A stretch of DNA of 50,456 nucleotides, from positions 1 through 50,456 of the IMG/VR virus record IMGVR_UViG_3300044800_000405. The stretch is one strand, 5' to 3'. The notes below the pieces were generated by a model, which saw nothing but the letters and a program-made list of their open reading frames with translations, was not told the DNA's origin and ran no database searches. Positions 36,752 to 46,341 of the stretch are shown piece by piece. A program made the translations under genes and the position numbers. Within the stretch, counting starts at the first letter, position 1. Each line of letters starts with the position of its first letter. This DNA comes from a virus (taxonomy: Duplodnaviria > Caudoviricetes).

Positions 36752-38413
36752 ATGCCAACTTTTGCGCCCTGTCCCACGCCCGGCACCGTTACCGGCTGTC
36801 AGTTCACCCAGCAACTCGTCTCCCAGGAGCCGGTCTATGACAAGCTCATCCTCGAAGACATCCGGCCAGAGGACGGCTGGATTCTCCACGTCGAGACCGG
36901 CGAGTTCCCGGCCTATTCTGGCGTCCAGCACACGCTTGACCGCTTCAATCATGTCTGGCCCAACGTCACCAAGACCTGGAAACCCACCCAGGCCGGCAAC
37001 TGTCTGGGCACGCCCTGCGACAAGACCGAGAATTACATCACCTGGGGCGCCACCCGGCTGACTTACTTCCTGGAGGAACAATCCTGGGCCACGCCCCTCC
37101 TCTGTTACGACCAGGATATGCACGTCACCCACGCCAAGGAACATTTCCGCCAGATCATCACCGATATCCTCAAGCCCGCCACCAGCGCCATCAACTCCAA
37201 CTTCCTCCGCAAGCGCGCCGCGCAGTTCGCCAACTACCAGTGGGTGGCCAACGCCAATTTTGGCAACACCTCCACCGGCACCTTTCAATTCCAATGGGTC
37301 CTGGCCGGCACCAACGCGGACGAGGAATGGTACATAGATACCAACATTCCCGCCGCCAACATCTACAAGCTCACGCCCCAGATGTTGCAGCGCCGGTTCC
37401 AACCCCTGTGCCGCGTCGGTTACTTCGGCAAGCAGCCTTTCAAGGACATGCCCCCCAACATCGAGTTGGTCACGGACATGGACACCACCTGGGAACTGGA
37501 TCACCTCGGCGGCCAGCAGGGCGTCGGCGGCATCCCCTCCATTCAAGGCAACTGGCGTTTCGATCAGTGGGACAGTTCCACCAAGTACTGGAAGTACGGT
37601 TTTTCCGGCTCCATCGGCAACTACGTTGTTCGCGCGGACCCGTTCAACCTCCGGTTCAACTACCTCGGCGCCGTTGGCACCACGCCCGGCCTGCCCTATC
37701 GCTACCAGGTCGTTTTACCGTTCAAGAACATGGCGTCCAGCGGCGCGGGCGGCGCTCCCGGCACCAAGGACATCCCCAATCCTGACTTCGACAACGCGCA
37801 ATACCGTTGGTCCTACATCTGGCACCGCAAGTCCATTCAGTGTCTCGTGGCCGATGCCACCCCGGTTAATCCTGAAATGCCCTTTAGCTCCCGCAACTTC
37901 GGCGGACGCTGGCAGTTCGTCATGGACAACCTGGGCGCAGACCAAAACGGCCTGCCCATCGAGAACAAACGCCGCAACAAGGGCATGTTCATTGCGGACT
38001 TCAAGATGGCCATTCGCCCGCAATACACGGAATTCCTGGAACTGATTTTCCACCGCGCCGAGCCGCAGTGCATCATCCAGATTGCCCCCTGCAATCCTGA
38101 TCCCGGCTATCCCACCCAGAATTACGAGTCGGATACCAACATCTCGTGTACCAACACCAGTTCGTCCTACACGCTCCCCTTCACCCCGTCGCTGGATGTC
38201 ACCACGGCCACTTACGAGGTCGAGGCCAACACCATCATGTGCAATGGCGTGGCGGTCGAGCATGGCCGCATCACGGGCACCGCGACCCTCGCCGCGCTCG
38301 TCACCCAACTCAACCAGTTGGTTGGGGTCTTGGGCGTCTGGGCCGTCAGCGGCGTCACCATCACCCTCAAAGGCCCGTGTTCCACCGCAACCGTGCCGTG
38401 GATTTTGTCGTAG
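36752..38413 (+). CDS. Putative major capsid protein with C-terminal extension
   Basis: 553 aa, strong C-ending codon bias, long dedicated leader with TTGACA and TATAAT upstream, REP hairpin after stop; no better MCP candidate. Confidence 0.65.
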   Translation: MPTFAPCPTPGTVTGCQFTQQLVSQEPVYDKLILEDIRPEDGWILHVETGEFPAYSGVQHTLDRFNHVWPNVTKTWKPTQAGNCLGTPCDKTENYITWGATRLTYFLEEQSWATPLLCYDQDMHVTHAKEHFRQIITDILKPATSAINSNFLRKRAAQFANYQWVANANFGNTSTGTFQFQWVLAGTNADEEWYIDTNIPAANIYKLTPQMLQRRFQPLCRVGYFGKQPFKDMPPNIELVTDMDTTWELDHLGGQQGVGGIPSIQGNWRFDQWDSSTKYWKYGFSGSIGNYVVRADPFNLRFNYLGAVGTTPGLPYRYQVVLPFKNMASSGAGGAPGTKDIPNPDFDNAQYRWSYIWHRKSIQCLVADATPVNPEMPFSSRNFGGRWQFVMDNLGADQNGLPIENKRRNKGMFIADFKMAIRPQYTEFLELIFHRAEPQCIIQIAPCNPDPGYPTQNYESDTNISCTNTSSSYTLPFTPSLDVTTATYEVEANTIMCNGVAVEHGRITGTATLAALVTQLNQLVGVLGVWAVSGVTITLKGPCSTATVPWILS

Positions 38414-38507
38414 GCGACTGCGACAACTACGGTGGACCGCCCCGCCTTCTCCCTCTCCTGGGGGAGAGGGCCGGGGTGAGGGCGGTTAAAAAAGAAAGGA
38501 AAAATTT

Positions 38508-38858
38508 ATGCCCGATGAATCCGATGGTTTCTATGGTGGCGACACTGCCGCCGCTGCTTCTCCCTCTCCTGGGGGAGAGGGCCGGGGTGAGGGCGGTTCC
38601 TCCTCCCCAAACAAATCCGATCAGGACCACGAATCGGAGTCCGAGACCGCGCTTTTGCCCAAATCCCTTTTCCCAGGCGAGCCTCCGGCCATTGGCGAGG
38701 TCTGCCAGTTCCGGGTCGAGCACATCTGGGAAGATGAAATCGAGGTCTCCCACGTCAAGGAAGGCGAAGACCAGGAAAAATCCGGCGCCCAGCCTGGCCG
38801 CTCCCAAATGGACACCGCCACCGACTCCTTTGACCAAATGGCCGGCCCGGCAGCTTAA
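38508..38858 (+). CDS. Small acidic hypothetical protein
   Basis: 116 aa after A-rich leader; in-frame REP. Confidence 0.6.
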   Translation: MPDESDGFYGGDTAAAASPSPGGEGRGEGGSSSPNKSDQDHESESETALLPKSLFPGEPPAIGEVCQFRVEHIWEDEIEVSHVKEGEDQEKSGAQPGRSQMDTATDSFDQMAGPAA

Positions 38859-38887
38859 TCACACCTCGCCTGCCTCCCATTATTCCC

Positions 38888-39391
38888 ATGCCCACATCCT
38901 CAGATGCCGCGACTCTGGCAGGCGATGCCGTTTGCATTCAATCGTGCGTCCCGGATGGCCTCCGCGTCCCCGCGCTCATCTCCCTGTTTGCGGATATTGC
39001 CGGTGTCAGCAAGGACCCCTCGGACCTCATTAAAAACTCCGTCATCATCAATTGCTGCATCCCCTTGGGCCTGCAAATGGCCGTGCTGGTAAGTCTGTTC
39101 GCTCAAATTACCGGCGGCTCTCCTGTGCCATCGCCCTGTATCAACCTCATTCCTTCCAACTCAGTATATGACCAAGGCGGCACGTTCCAACTTAACGGAC
39201 TCACTCCCGGAACGTCCTACTATGTTTATTTTGGTGCCAATGATGCGGCCATGACCAATCCATTTGCCGGCACAATTAACAATCCCGGAAACTCCCATCC
39301 TATTCTATTCGTGGCCACTTCCACTTTCGTCGTATTCGATTCTGTCGGTCTGGCCGGTTCTTCCGTCACCGCCACCCTTTGCGCCATTTGA
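38888..39391 (+). CDS. Putative virion decoration/fibre protein with two Cys-containing repeats
   Basis: CIQSCVPDGLRVPALISLFADI / IINCCIPLGLQMAVLVSLFAQI. Confidence 0.55.
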   Translation: MPTSSDAATLAGDAVCIQSCVPDGLRVPALISLFADIAGVSKDPSDLIKNSVIINCCIPLGLQMAVLVSLFAQITGGSPVPSPCINLIPSNSVYDQGGTFQLNGLTPGTSYYVYFGANDAAMTNPFAGTINNPGNSHPILFVATSTFVVFDSVGLAGSSVTATLCAI

Positions 39392-39424
39392 CCACGCTCT
39401 CAACCCTCAACCCTCAACCACCCG

Positions 39425-39682
39425 ATGACCACCGAACAAATTGAAACCCTCGTTGCGGATGCCGCCTGCATCAACTCCTGCATCCCCCAAGGAATGCAAC
39501 TGGCCGTGCTCATCTATCTGGCCGACCAGATCGTTACGAATGGGGTTGGCGGCAGTGGCGAAATCCAGGCCGGCAACTACGGCGGGGCCAAGCCCACCTG
39601 GGTTCCTGCCAGTGGCGCGGGCATCGCCTTCGACACATCAACGGGAGTCCAATGGAACTATTATGGCGGAGACTGGAATTGA
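39425..39682 (+). CDS. Small virion-like protein sharing the same repeat
   Basis: CINSCIPQGMQLAVLIYLADQI; P...GIAFDTSTG.QW.Y.G..W fibre-like motif. Confidence 0.55.
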   Translation: MTTEQIETLVADAACINSCIPQGMQLAVLIYLADQIVTNGVGGSGEIQAGNYGGAKPTWVPASGAGIAFDTSTGVQWNYYGGDWN

Positions 39683-39684
39683 TT

Positions 39685-42471
39685 ATGAAAAAACTACTAT
39701 TGACCATTTTGACATTGATTCCGGCGGTTTGTTTGGCCGCGTGGTATCCGAATGCCTATGACCAGACCAACACGGCGGCGGTTGACGCCCATGTGCTGTC
39801 CCTCATAACCAACACGGTCCCCACCAACATTGAGGTGAATTTCCAGATGGGGCAAAGCTACACCAATCATTACGCCCCGGTCATCACGATTGAAAACCTG
39901 GCGGTGTCCTTTGCTATGGGATCGTCCAACAATTTCGCGGTCACTTATGGTGTGGTGGGAGATTTCACCAACCTGATGACCTACGGAGTTCCCATCTATG
40001 TCACCCCTTTTGCCACGGCAATATGGCCATTCATACCAACCTTTGATGTAAAAACCAACCAGGTCTATTTCTTTGTTGATTCCAGCGGGGTTGGTGTTAC
40101 CGCAGGCTTCCCATACGCCGCCCAAATCCACTACCTGATTCCTGGCGCGGGCGGTGGCGGCGGTGGCGGGGGCAGCGGAACCAATGGCCTGAATGGCGTC
40201 AATGGCACGAACGGTTTGCCGGGAACGAACGCAATCAACTGGCATTTCTCTACCAACTTTTCAGTTACGAGTGTAACAAATGTTGACGTGACCAACTCGC
40301 CTTACGCCACCGCCGCCGGTTCCGCCACCACGGCGACGAATCTGGCGGGCGTGTCAACGGTGAGCATTTCAACGAACCGACCCAACTCAGTTACGCCTGA
40401 AATGTATGGCGCATACGGTGATTGTATTGAGTTGATGGATGCACGAATTGCGACTGGTAGCTCTAATCTTTTTTCTCCATCCAGTCCTTTTGTTTTAACG
40501 GATACCAACAAGAATGCTGAAATAGTTCTGGCGGGGGGCAGTGGCGGTACAAACCTTTCCGTCAAAATCGTTGCCTTTGTAAATCCGTCAAATGTTTTAG
40601 TGTCGGCGGTGGCAGTGAGTGGTGTTACCAATGCCCAATGTTATTATGGTCACGATGACAGTGCTGCCTTCATCACGGAAGTAAATCTTGCAACAAATTT
40701 CTCCAACGGTAACGTGCTTATCAAGTTGTCAAGCGGGAAGAAATACTTTATAGACGGCCCTTGGGTTAATACCACTGGGGGATGGAGCTTGTTGCCGTTA
40801 CCCATCAGCAGCAATCTTTTTAGCAACATTCAGCAGATGACTATTACCATCGAGGGCGACACTGAGCCTTCGGTTATAACGGCAGGGTATCAGTCAGGCG
40901 CCCCGGTTTTGATATTTGCCCGCTCTCCTACTTTCAGCACTAATTTGGATAATGGTGTAACAAATTGCACAGCCATTGGACAAGCCCAGGGTGTTCCGGG
41001 TTATTACTATGGTTTTAACTACATCAAGCTGGTGTTGAAGAATCTGACCGTTAGAACATTTGACAACCCAACCATCAGCGCAATAGACGGGTATCGTCTC
41101 GGTCAAATGCGATTACGCGAGAAAGTGACTGTTGACACTGGAATTGACAACTTTTTACGAGGGTCAACTCAACCAACATTTAACACCTACGCAATCCGGT
41201 TTGGTGCCCAGTCTGACAACATTGACCACGGGGGGGACTCACTGGTGACAATGGGATATAACACCGGCGTTTCGCTTGGTGAATGCACTCACATTGGAGA
41301 CTTGTGCGCTGTTTCTTGCAACTCAGCCTTAAAACTGTTCTCTGGCCACGGCAACGAGATTGATTACATGTATTCGTTTTTGTGCCCTACCGGCGTTTGC
41401 CCTACACCCGATATTAGCGGTGGTGCTTCCATTCATATCGGCATGTACGATTCTGAGTCCAACAACGTTGCCAGCCAGCCTTGGCAGGCATTGGTTTGGG
41501 ATGTGGCAGACAAAGGGGCTGGTTACATTTACGGAACCATAAACTTCGGGGTGGGTCAGTTCACCTATCACCCTAAACTGCTCAATGCAAATAATCTTTA
41601 TTACCATTCATTCATTGATAACAAAATGACCATGCCCAATCTGGTTGTCACCAAGAACTTTTCTGTTACCGGAACATTCCCCGCCAATGGCGCAATTCAG
41701 ATACCCGGTTCTGATGTGATAAATGGACTGGTGCGCTGGTGGCGTTTTGATGAACCAACCAACGCTACTATTGATGTTGACTTCACCGACACTGGCACCT
41801 CTCAAAGCATGACCAATACTGGATTTCTAAAATCCGGCGCAATAAACAGCGGATTGATTGGCAGTTGCTTGACCTTCATTCCCGGCACCATGTATTCATA
41901 CGGCAATGGTTACGCTTTTGGGACGGGAGATTTTACCCTGTCTCTTTGGGTGAATCCGGTTTACATAATAGACGGAACAATGTTTGACTCAACTCCTTAT
42001 TCTGGAAGTTTTGCCAATTCATTCTTCATCTACTTTCATGGCACCATTCTGGCCCCCTATTTGTTCCAAAACGGGAATTCATTGTCTGCCGATATTCCCT
42101 GTATTACGAATGTGTGGAACCATGTAGTGTTGACGCGGTCTTCCGGCCTTTGTCGTTTCTGGATAAATGGCGTAAAGGGAACCAATACAGTCTCAAACAC
42201 TTGGAATGACGCTGGGGCATCTGCCGTAGTTGGGGCTGCTGGACTACCGGGCGCATCGCACAACTTATGGGGAAGCGAAGATGAAGTCCGAATGTACAGT
42301 CGCGCATTAACAGATGCGGAGATTGGCCAGTTATATAATCTTGGGCACGGAACGGTTGCGTTGCTCGCCCAAGCCCCATCAATAAACACGTCGAGCCTAA
42401 CACTTACAAACTGGCCAATCTATCCACACATCGGAGTTGCTGGCGCGGTAACATGGACGACAAATCAATGA
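39685..42471 (+). CDS. Tailspike/depolymerase-like protein: signal-peptide-like N-terminus, short collagen-like run, pectate-lyase-like beta-helix, C-terminal LamG lectin domain
   Basis: MKKLLLTILTLIPAVCLA; GTNGLNGVNGTNG; VTPEMYGAYGD...DDSAAF; WWRFDE...DFTLSLWV...WNHVVLTR...DEVRMYSRALTDAEI; lower GC. Confidence 0.7.
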   Translation: MKKLLLTILTLIPAVCLAAWYPNAYDQTNTAAVDAHVLSLITNTVPTNIEVNFQMGQSYTNHYAPVITIENLAVSFAMGSSNNFAVTYGVVGDFTNLMTYGVPIYVTPFATAIWPFIPTFDVKTNQVYFFVDSSGVGVTAGFPYAAQIHYLIPGAGGGGGGGGSGTNGLNGVNGTNGLPGTNAINWHFSTNFSVTSVTNVDVTNSPYATAAGSATTATNLAGVSTVSISTNRPNSVTPEMYGAYGDCIELMDARIATGSSNLFSPSSPFVLTDTNKNAEIVLAGGSGGTNLSVKIVAFVNPSNVLVSAVAVSGVTNAQCYYGHDDSAAFITEVNLATNFSNGNVLIKLSSGKKYFIDGPWVNTTGGWSLLPLPISSNLFSNIQQMTITIEGDTEPSVITAGYQSGAPVLIFARSPTFSTNLDNGVTNCTAIGQAQGVPGYYYGFNYIKLVLKNLTVRTFDNPTISAIDGYRLGQMRLREKVTVDTGIDNFLRGSTQPTFNTYAIRFGAQSDNIDHGGDSLVTMGYNTGVSLGECTHIGDLCAVSCNSALKLFSGHGNEIDYMYSFLCPTGVCPTPDISGGASIHIGMYDSESNNVASQPWQALVWDVADKGAGYIYGTINFGVGQFTYHPKLLNANNLYYHSFIDNKMTMPNLVVTKNFSVTGTFPANGAIQIPGSDVINGLVRWWRFDEPTNATIDVDFTDTGTSQSMTNTGFLKSGAINSGLIGSCLTFIPGTMYSYGNGYAFGTGDFTLSLWVNPVYIIDGTMFDSTPYSGSFANSFFIYFHGTILAPYLFQNGNSLSADIPCITNVWNHVVLTRSSGLCRFWINGVKGTNTVSNTWNDAGASAVVGAAGLPGASHNLWGSEDEVRMYSRALTDAEIGQLYNLGHGTVALLAQAPSINTSSLTLTNWPIYPHIGVAGAVTWTTNQ

Positions 42472-43370
42472 CCCGCTGCCTCCAACTGTTCATCGCCATC
42501 AGCCTCACCATCGGCTGCTTCTACTGGTTCCGAGGCGGCGCTGTGCCGTGGATGTCCGACATCCAATCCGTAAACGGCAACACGATAAACGCCTGCGTGT
42601 TCCTGCATGGCTTTGAAAATAAAACCACGCTCCCCCATTGTTGGGACAGCCGCGTGATCCCCCTCCAGATGTCGCACCAATGGGCGCGGCTTTGGGACGG
42701 CAAACCGTTCGCAAACGCCTTCGCCAGCTACAACGCGCTTTGCCTGTTCGGCACGTTCCTGCTCCTGATATTCGCCGTCGAGCGACCGCTCATCCCAATG
42801 CTCGGCACCGTTGCCGGCCTCATCTATTCCGCCGCGCCCCAGTTCCAGCCCTACTGTTTCCCGTTCGACATGCCCGTCATGTTCTGTTTCACAGCCGCCT
42901 TCATCTGTTACGACAAAAAACTCTGGTGGCCCCTGCTCGCCGTCGTCTTTGCCGGCGGTATGCTCAAGGAATCCGTCCTCGTCACCGCCCTGTTCCTACT
43001 CGGCGCGTCGTGGACCTGGTTTCGGCGGCTCGGAGTGATTGGAATTATCAGCCTGCTCGTTCTCTTTTGCAACGGCCTGATAATGCCGCCTGGAGGACAC
43101 GAGAGCTTTCTAGTTTCGCTCGTCGGCCCGCATGACAACCTCAAGACCCTGCTCGACCCGCGCCTGGCGCATCCGCTATTCGTCAACGCGGGTGGCCTGG
43201 TCCTGCTCGTCGTCTGCTTGTTCAAGACCGTGGATTGGCCATTGCGCGCCGTGGTCGCTGCGTTTCTGGCTGGTGAATTCTTTTGCGGCTGGTGGGCTGA
43301 GTTCAGAATCTTTTTTGAAGTCCTACCGCTCGGCTGGATTCTCGCCCAGCGCACTTTCCCGAAGTTATGA
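42468..43370 (+). CDS. Polytopic membrane protein, possible GT-C glycosyltransferase (serotype-conversion-like)
   Basis: About 8-9 hydrophobic segments; FDMP and KES motifs. Confidence 0.5.
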   Translation: MTRCLQLFIAISLTIGCFYWFRGGAVPWMSDIQSVNGNTINACVFLHGFENKTTLPHCWDSRVIPLQMSHQWARLWDGKPFANAFASYNALCLFGTFLLLIFAVERPLIPMLGTVAGLIYSAAPQFQPYCFPFDMPVMFCFTAAFICYDKKLWWPLLAVVFAGGMLKESVLVTALFLLGASWTWFRRLGVIGIISLLVLFCNGLIMPPGGHESFLVSLVGPHDNLKTLLDPRLAHPLFVNAGGLVLLVVCLFKTVDWPLRAVVAAFLAGEFFCGWWAEFRIFFEVLPLGWILAQRTFPKL

Positions 43371-43816
43371 CTCAAGCCACTAAAGACTATGTGCGAGTGA
43401 CAGTCTTAGTGACGCTGTTCATCTTGGCGCTGGTGTTGCTGGCTACACAGGCCATTGGTGCAGGCATGACGCCAAAGGCGGCAAAGAAGTCCGTGCCAGT
43501 CAACGCAAAACAGTCCTGGCAGTTGACGCAGATAACAAGGAAGCCCGGCCCTTCTTACAACATCACCACGCTTTCGGTTGTGTGGGACTTTTTGAATGAT
43601 GGTCACACTTCGTTTTGGGTGTATTCCAGCCAAGATATTAGCAAGCCAAAACAAATCTGGCCGTTGAAAGCCATCGTGGCAACGAATGGCCTGCCTGTGA
43701 AACTGGCCGTTGGTGGGCATGAGTTCTACGCTGTTCGTGCAAGCAATTCGGTGTACAAAACACTGTCAGATTACGCCGTCACCAAACCGATGAAGCCGAG
43801 GCTTTACCAGCCATGA
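43367..43816 (+). CDS. Putative exported/membrane-anchored protein
   Basis: N-terminal hydrophobic helix; beta-rich domain ending FYAVRASN. Confidence 0.55.
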   Translation: MTQATKDYVRVTVLVTLFILALVLLATQAIGAGMTPKAAKKSVPVNAKQSWQLTQITRKPGPSYNITTLSVVWDFLNDGHTSFWVYSSQDISKPKQIWPLKAIVATNGLPVKLAVGGHEFYAVRASNSVYKTLSDYAVTKPMKPRLYQP

Positions 43817-44046
43817 ACGCCGACCTCAAAAACACTTTGAACGAACGTCAGGCCGAAGTTGTTCGGCTCCTGTCGCTCGGCATGAACATCAAAGGTATCG
43901 CGGCCCTGCTCGGCCTCAGCCCAAAGACCGTCGAATATCACAAACACAATGCCGGAAAGATAATCGGCACGCAAAATCCCGTCATTATGACCCGGTTCGC
44001 TTTGCTGACCGGAATGACGACCTTAACCGAGAGGGTGAATGGATAG
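43813..44046 (+). CDS. Stand-alone LuxR-family HTH regulator
   Basis: LNERQAEVVRLLSLGMNIKGIAALLGLSPKTVEYHKHN. Confidence 0.88.
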   Translation: MNADLKNTLNERQAEVVRLLSLGMNIKGIAALLGLSPKTVEYHKHNAGKIIGTQNPVIMTRFALLTGMTTLTERVNG

Positions 44047-44449
44047 CATGACAGGCATAAAAATAGCAGCACTGATTGCAGGGGTAACGGGCATGGGCGC
44101 GAGCGTTGTGCCGGGACTTCCCGAAACAAGCACTCTTGATGCTCTTGGCCGCTGGCCATTAACGGTCATTTTGGGGGCGGTCTGCGTAACCTGCGTCTAT
44201 TTCATGTACAAGCAGAGCAAGGACAACGCTGACCGCAACGTGGTTTCATCAACCGAAAATGGAAAGATGTTTCTGGCGATGATTGAAGGCGAACGGCTGG
44301 CAACAGAAAAACGTATTACCAGCAATGCGCTGGTCACAAAAGAATTGGCGGAGAACAATGCCAAAATGGTCCGGGAGCTTGCCGAGAGTCACGCGAAGGA
44401 GATACGAACCTTGCTTGATGAACTCAGTAAACAGACAAAACCAAACTAA
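44039..44449 (+). CDS. Putative holin-like membrane protein
   Basis: TM segment followed by coiled coil. Confidence 0.45.
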   Translation: MDSMTGIKIAALIAGVTGMGASVVPGLPETSTLDALGRWPLTVILGAVCVTCVYFMYKQSKDNADRNVVSSTENGKMFLAMIEGERLATEKRITSNALVTKELAENNAKMVRELAESHAKEIRTLLDELSKQTKPN

Positions 44450-44453
44450 AATT

Positions 44454-44756
44454 ATGTCAAACTGGAAAACAAATCTTGGTGGAGCAATCGGCATGATCGG
44501 CACCGGACTGATTGGCATTGGCGTGCTGGGTGGCGCCAATCCCAAATATCAGGCCGTGTGCTGGTGGATTGCGCTTATCGGGTTTGTCATCAGCGCCTTT
44601 GGCAAGGGCCTCACCGCTCTTTTTGCCGCTGACGCCGCAACGGTCCAAAACGTTGCCTCCGCTGTTGACCATATCAACCAACTGGGTGCCAGCCCGCTGG
44701 CTGCGCCTTTGGCAACCAAACCGCCGGATGTTCCGGCCTCACCAACCAAAATATGA
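44454..44756 (+). CDS. Putative holin
   Basis: MSNWKTNLGG..., two TM helices, LFAADA motif. Confidence 0.55.
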   Translation: MSNWKTNLGGAIGMIGTGLIGIGVLGGANPKYQAVCWWIALIGFVISAFGKGLTALFAADAATVQNVASAVDHINQLGASPLAAPLATKPPDVPASPTKI

Positions 44757-45115
44757 AATTCATAAAATCCATCGCCCTGGCCTGCTGCGTCTTCTACACG
44801 GCTTGTTTTGGCCTGTCCCTGCTCGTCTCCGGCTGTCGCACTTCCCAGCAACAAGCCGCCTTTAATACGCTCTACTCCGTTGAGCACGTCACCGTCTCCG
44901 CCTATGACGGCTATCTCGACCTCGTAGTAACCGGCAAAGTATCCACCAACGATGTCCCCCGCGTGTCCAAATCGTTCAACACGTTCCAGGCATCCTTCCT
45001 TATTGCGCTGGATGCCGCGCAATACAACACCAACGCCCTCGCTCCCGCGAGCCTCCTGGTTGAATCCCAGGATGTCATCAACCTTATCACCGTCATCAAA
45101 AAGGACCTCAAATGA
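44753..45115 (+). CDS. Putative lipoprotein
   Basis: Signal peptide with lipobox LVSGC. Confidence 0.65.
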   Translation: MKFIKSIALACCVFYTACFGLSLLVSGCRTSQQQAAFNTLYSVEHVTVSAYDGYLDLVVTGKVSTNDVPRVSKSFNTFQASFLIALDAAQYNTNALAPASLLVESQDVINLITVIKKDLK

Positions 45116-45339
45116 ATTGGGCCATTCTCATCCCCATCATCGCACAGTACGGCTTGCCCCTGGCTGAAAGCCTGTTTCAAAAATGGTCGGCGGGCGCTGT
45201 CCCCACCCAGGCGGACTTCGACCAGCTACGCGCCTTGGCCGCTCAAACGGCTTCCGACCGCATGAAGCTCGCGCTCGCCCGCGCCGGCATTCCCTTGGAT
45301 GATCCCAAGGCGCTCGCCCTGCTTGCGCTCACCGCGTAG
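45112..45339 (+). CDS. Small hypothetical protein
   Basis: 75 aa, ATGA-coupled. Confidence 0.6.
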   Translation: MNWAILIPIIAQYGLPLAESLFQKWSAGAVPTQADFDQLRALAAQTASDRMKLALARAGIPLDDPKALALLALTA

Positions 45340-45481
45340 TCGTGCCAGATTGTTTTCGCCAGCGTTTTCATGGACCGCAACGGACGCGGGGGAATGCTGG
45401 GTGCTGGCACACGGGTCTTACTCATACCGGGCATTCCAGGTTTAGGCCGGGCCGGGGCCTGTCCGCACGGCCAACCTTCCT

Positions 45482-45784
45482 ATGACACAAGATGAATGGT
45501 ACCTGGCCAATATTCCCCGCCGGCTGGCTTACGAACAATCCTTTTTCACCAGCCCCACTCCCGGTATTGCCCATGAACACCGCGTCAAACACGCCGACCT
45601 GCTCGCCCGGCAGGCCGCGCTAAAAAAATCCATCCGGCGCATGAAAGCTGGCGACCGCTGGTGGCGTTGGAAAGAACGGCAAGAAAATTCTCGGAGGGGC
45701 GAGTTACACGAGACCCCATCTTGCCTTTCTCCCATGCTCATAGATGAAGTCATCGAGCACGGCAGAATTGTGGACCAGGGCTGA
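45482..45784 (+). CDS. Hypothetical protein
   Basis: 100-aa ORF between structured intergenic regions. Confidence 0.45.
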   Translation: MTQDEWYLANIPRRLAYEQSFFTSPTPGIAHEHRVKHADLLARQAALKKSIRRMKAGDRWWRWKERQENSRRGELHETPSCLSPMLIDEVIEHGRIVDQG

Positions 45785-45886
45785 ACCCTCACAGGCAATC
45801 AAAACAAACCCAGGCCCGGTGCTGGTAAGACCATCGCACCCGCCGCCGCCGCCGGCATAACTCACATTCCTCCCCTGACTCCCATT

Positions 45887-46339
45887 TCAAAAAGGGACAT
45901 CGTCTCCTTCAATCGGCGCCTCCGCTTCCTCTGCCGTTGCTGGCACTGGCCGGGCCGGGGCTGCCTTCGCCGTGGCCGGGCGGGGCGCGGGCGGCACCGG
46001 GGTTGGTGTCGGCGCAATCTTTGGTGCGCGCACGGCAATACCACCCACCACGCGGCCTGCCATCGAAACATTCGGGTCGTGATACGCCACTATCCGGTAT
46101 CCCACCCACCCGTCAAAATCCTCGGCGCCGCAAATCTTGGCTATGATGTGCCCCTTCGTGCTGTTCAGCACCAGCGGCTTGTCCGTCTCCTCAAAGTCCA
46201 GGCAGTATTTATTTGCCTCCGCCTCGCCGCTCATCGCCACGTTTTCCTCGTGCCAGCCTTTGATCGTCAGCAACATCCCCCGGCCAACGTCCCCCTTGGT
46301 TAAAAACCGGCTCTGTTTCAAATCATTGATGGTGGGCAT
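45887..46339 (-). CDS. Putative phage single-stranded DNA-binding protein
   Basis: SRFLTKGD...KPLVLNST...W.G..I...GGI.VR core; Pro/Ala linker; acidic DDVPF tail. Confidence 0.7.
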   Translation of the reverse strand: MPTINDLKQSRFLTKGDVGRGMLLTIKGWHEENVAMSGEAEANKYCLDFEETDKPLVLNSTKGHIIAKICGAEDFDGWVGYRIVAYHDPNVSMAGRVVGGIAVRAPKIAPTPTPVPPAPRPATAKAAPARPVPATAEEAEAPIEGDDVPF

Positions 46340-46341
46340 AA

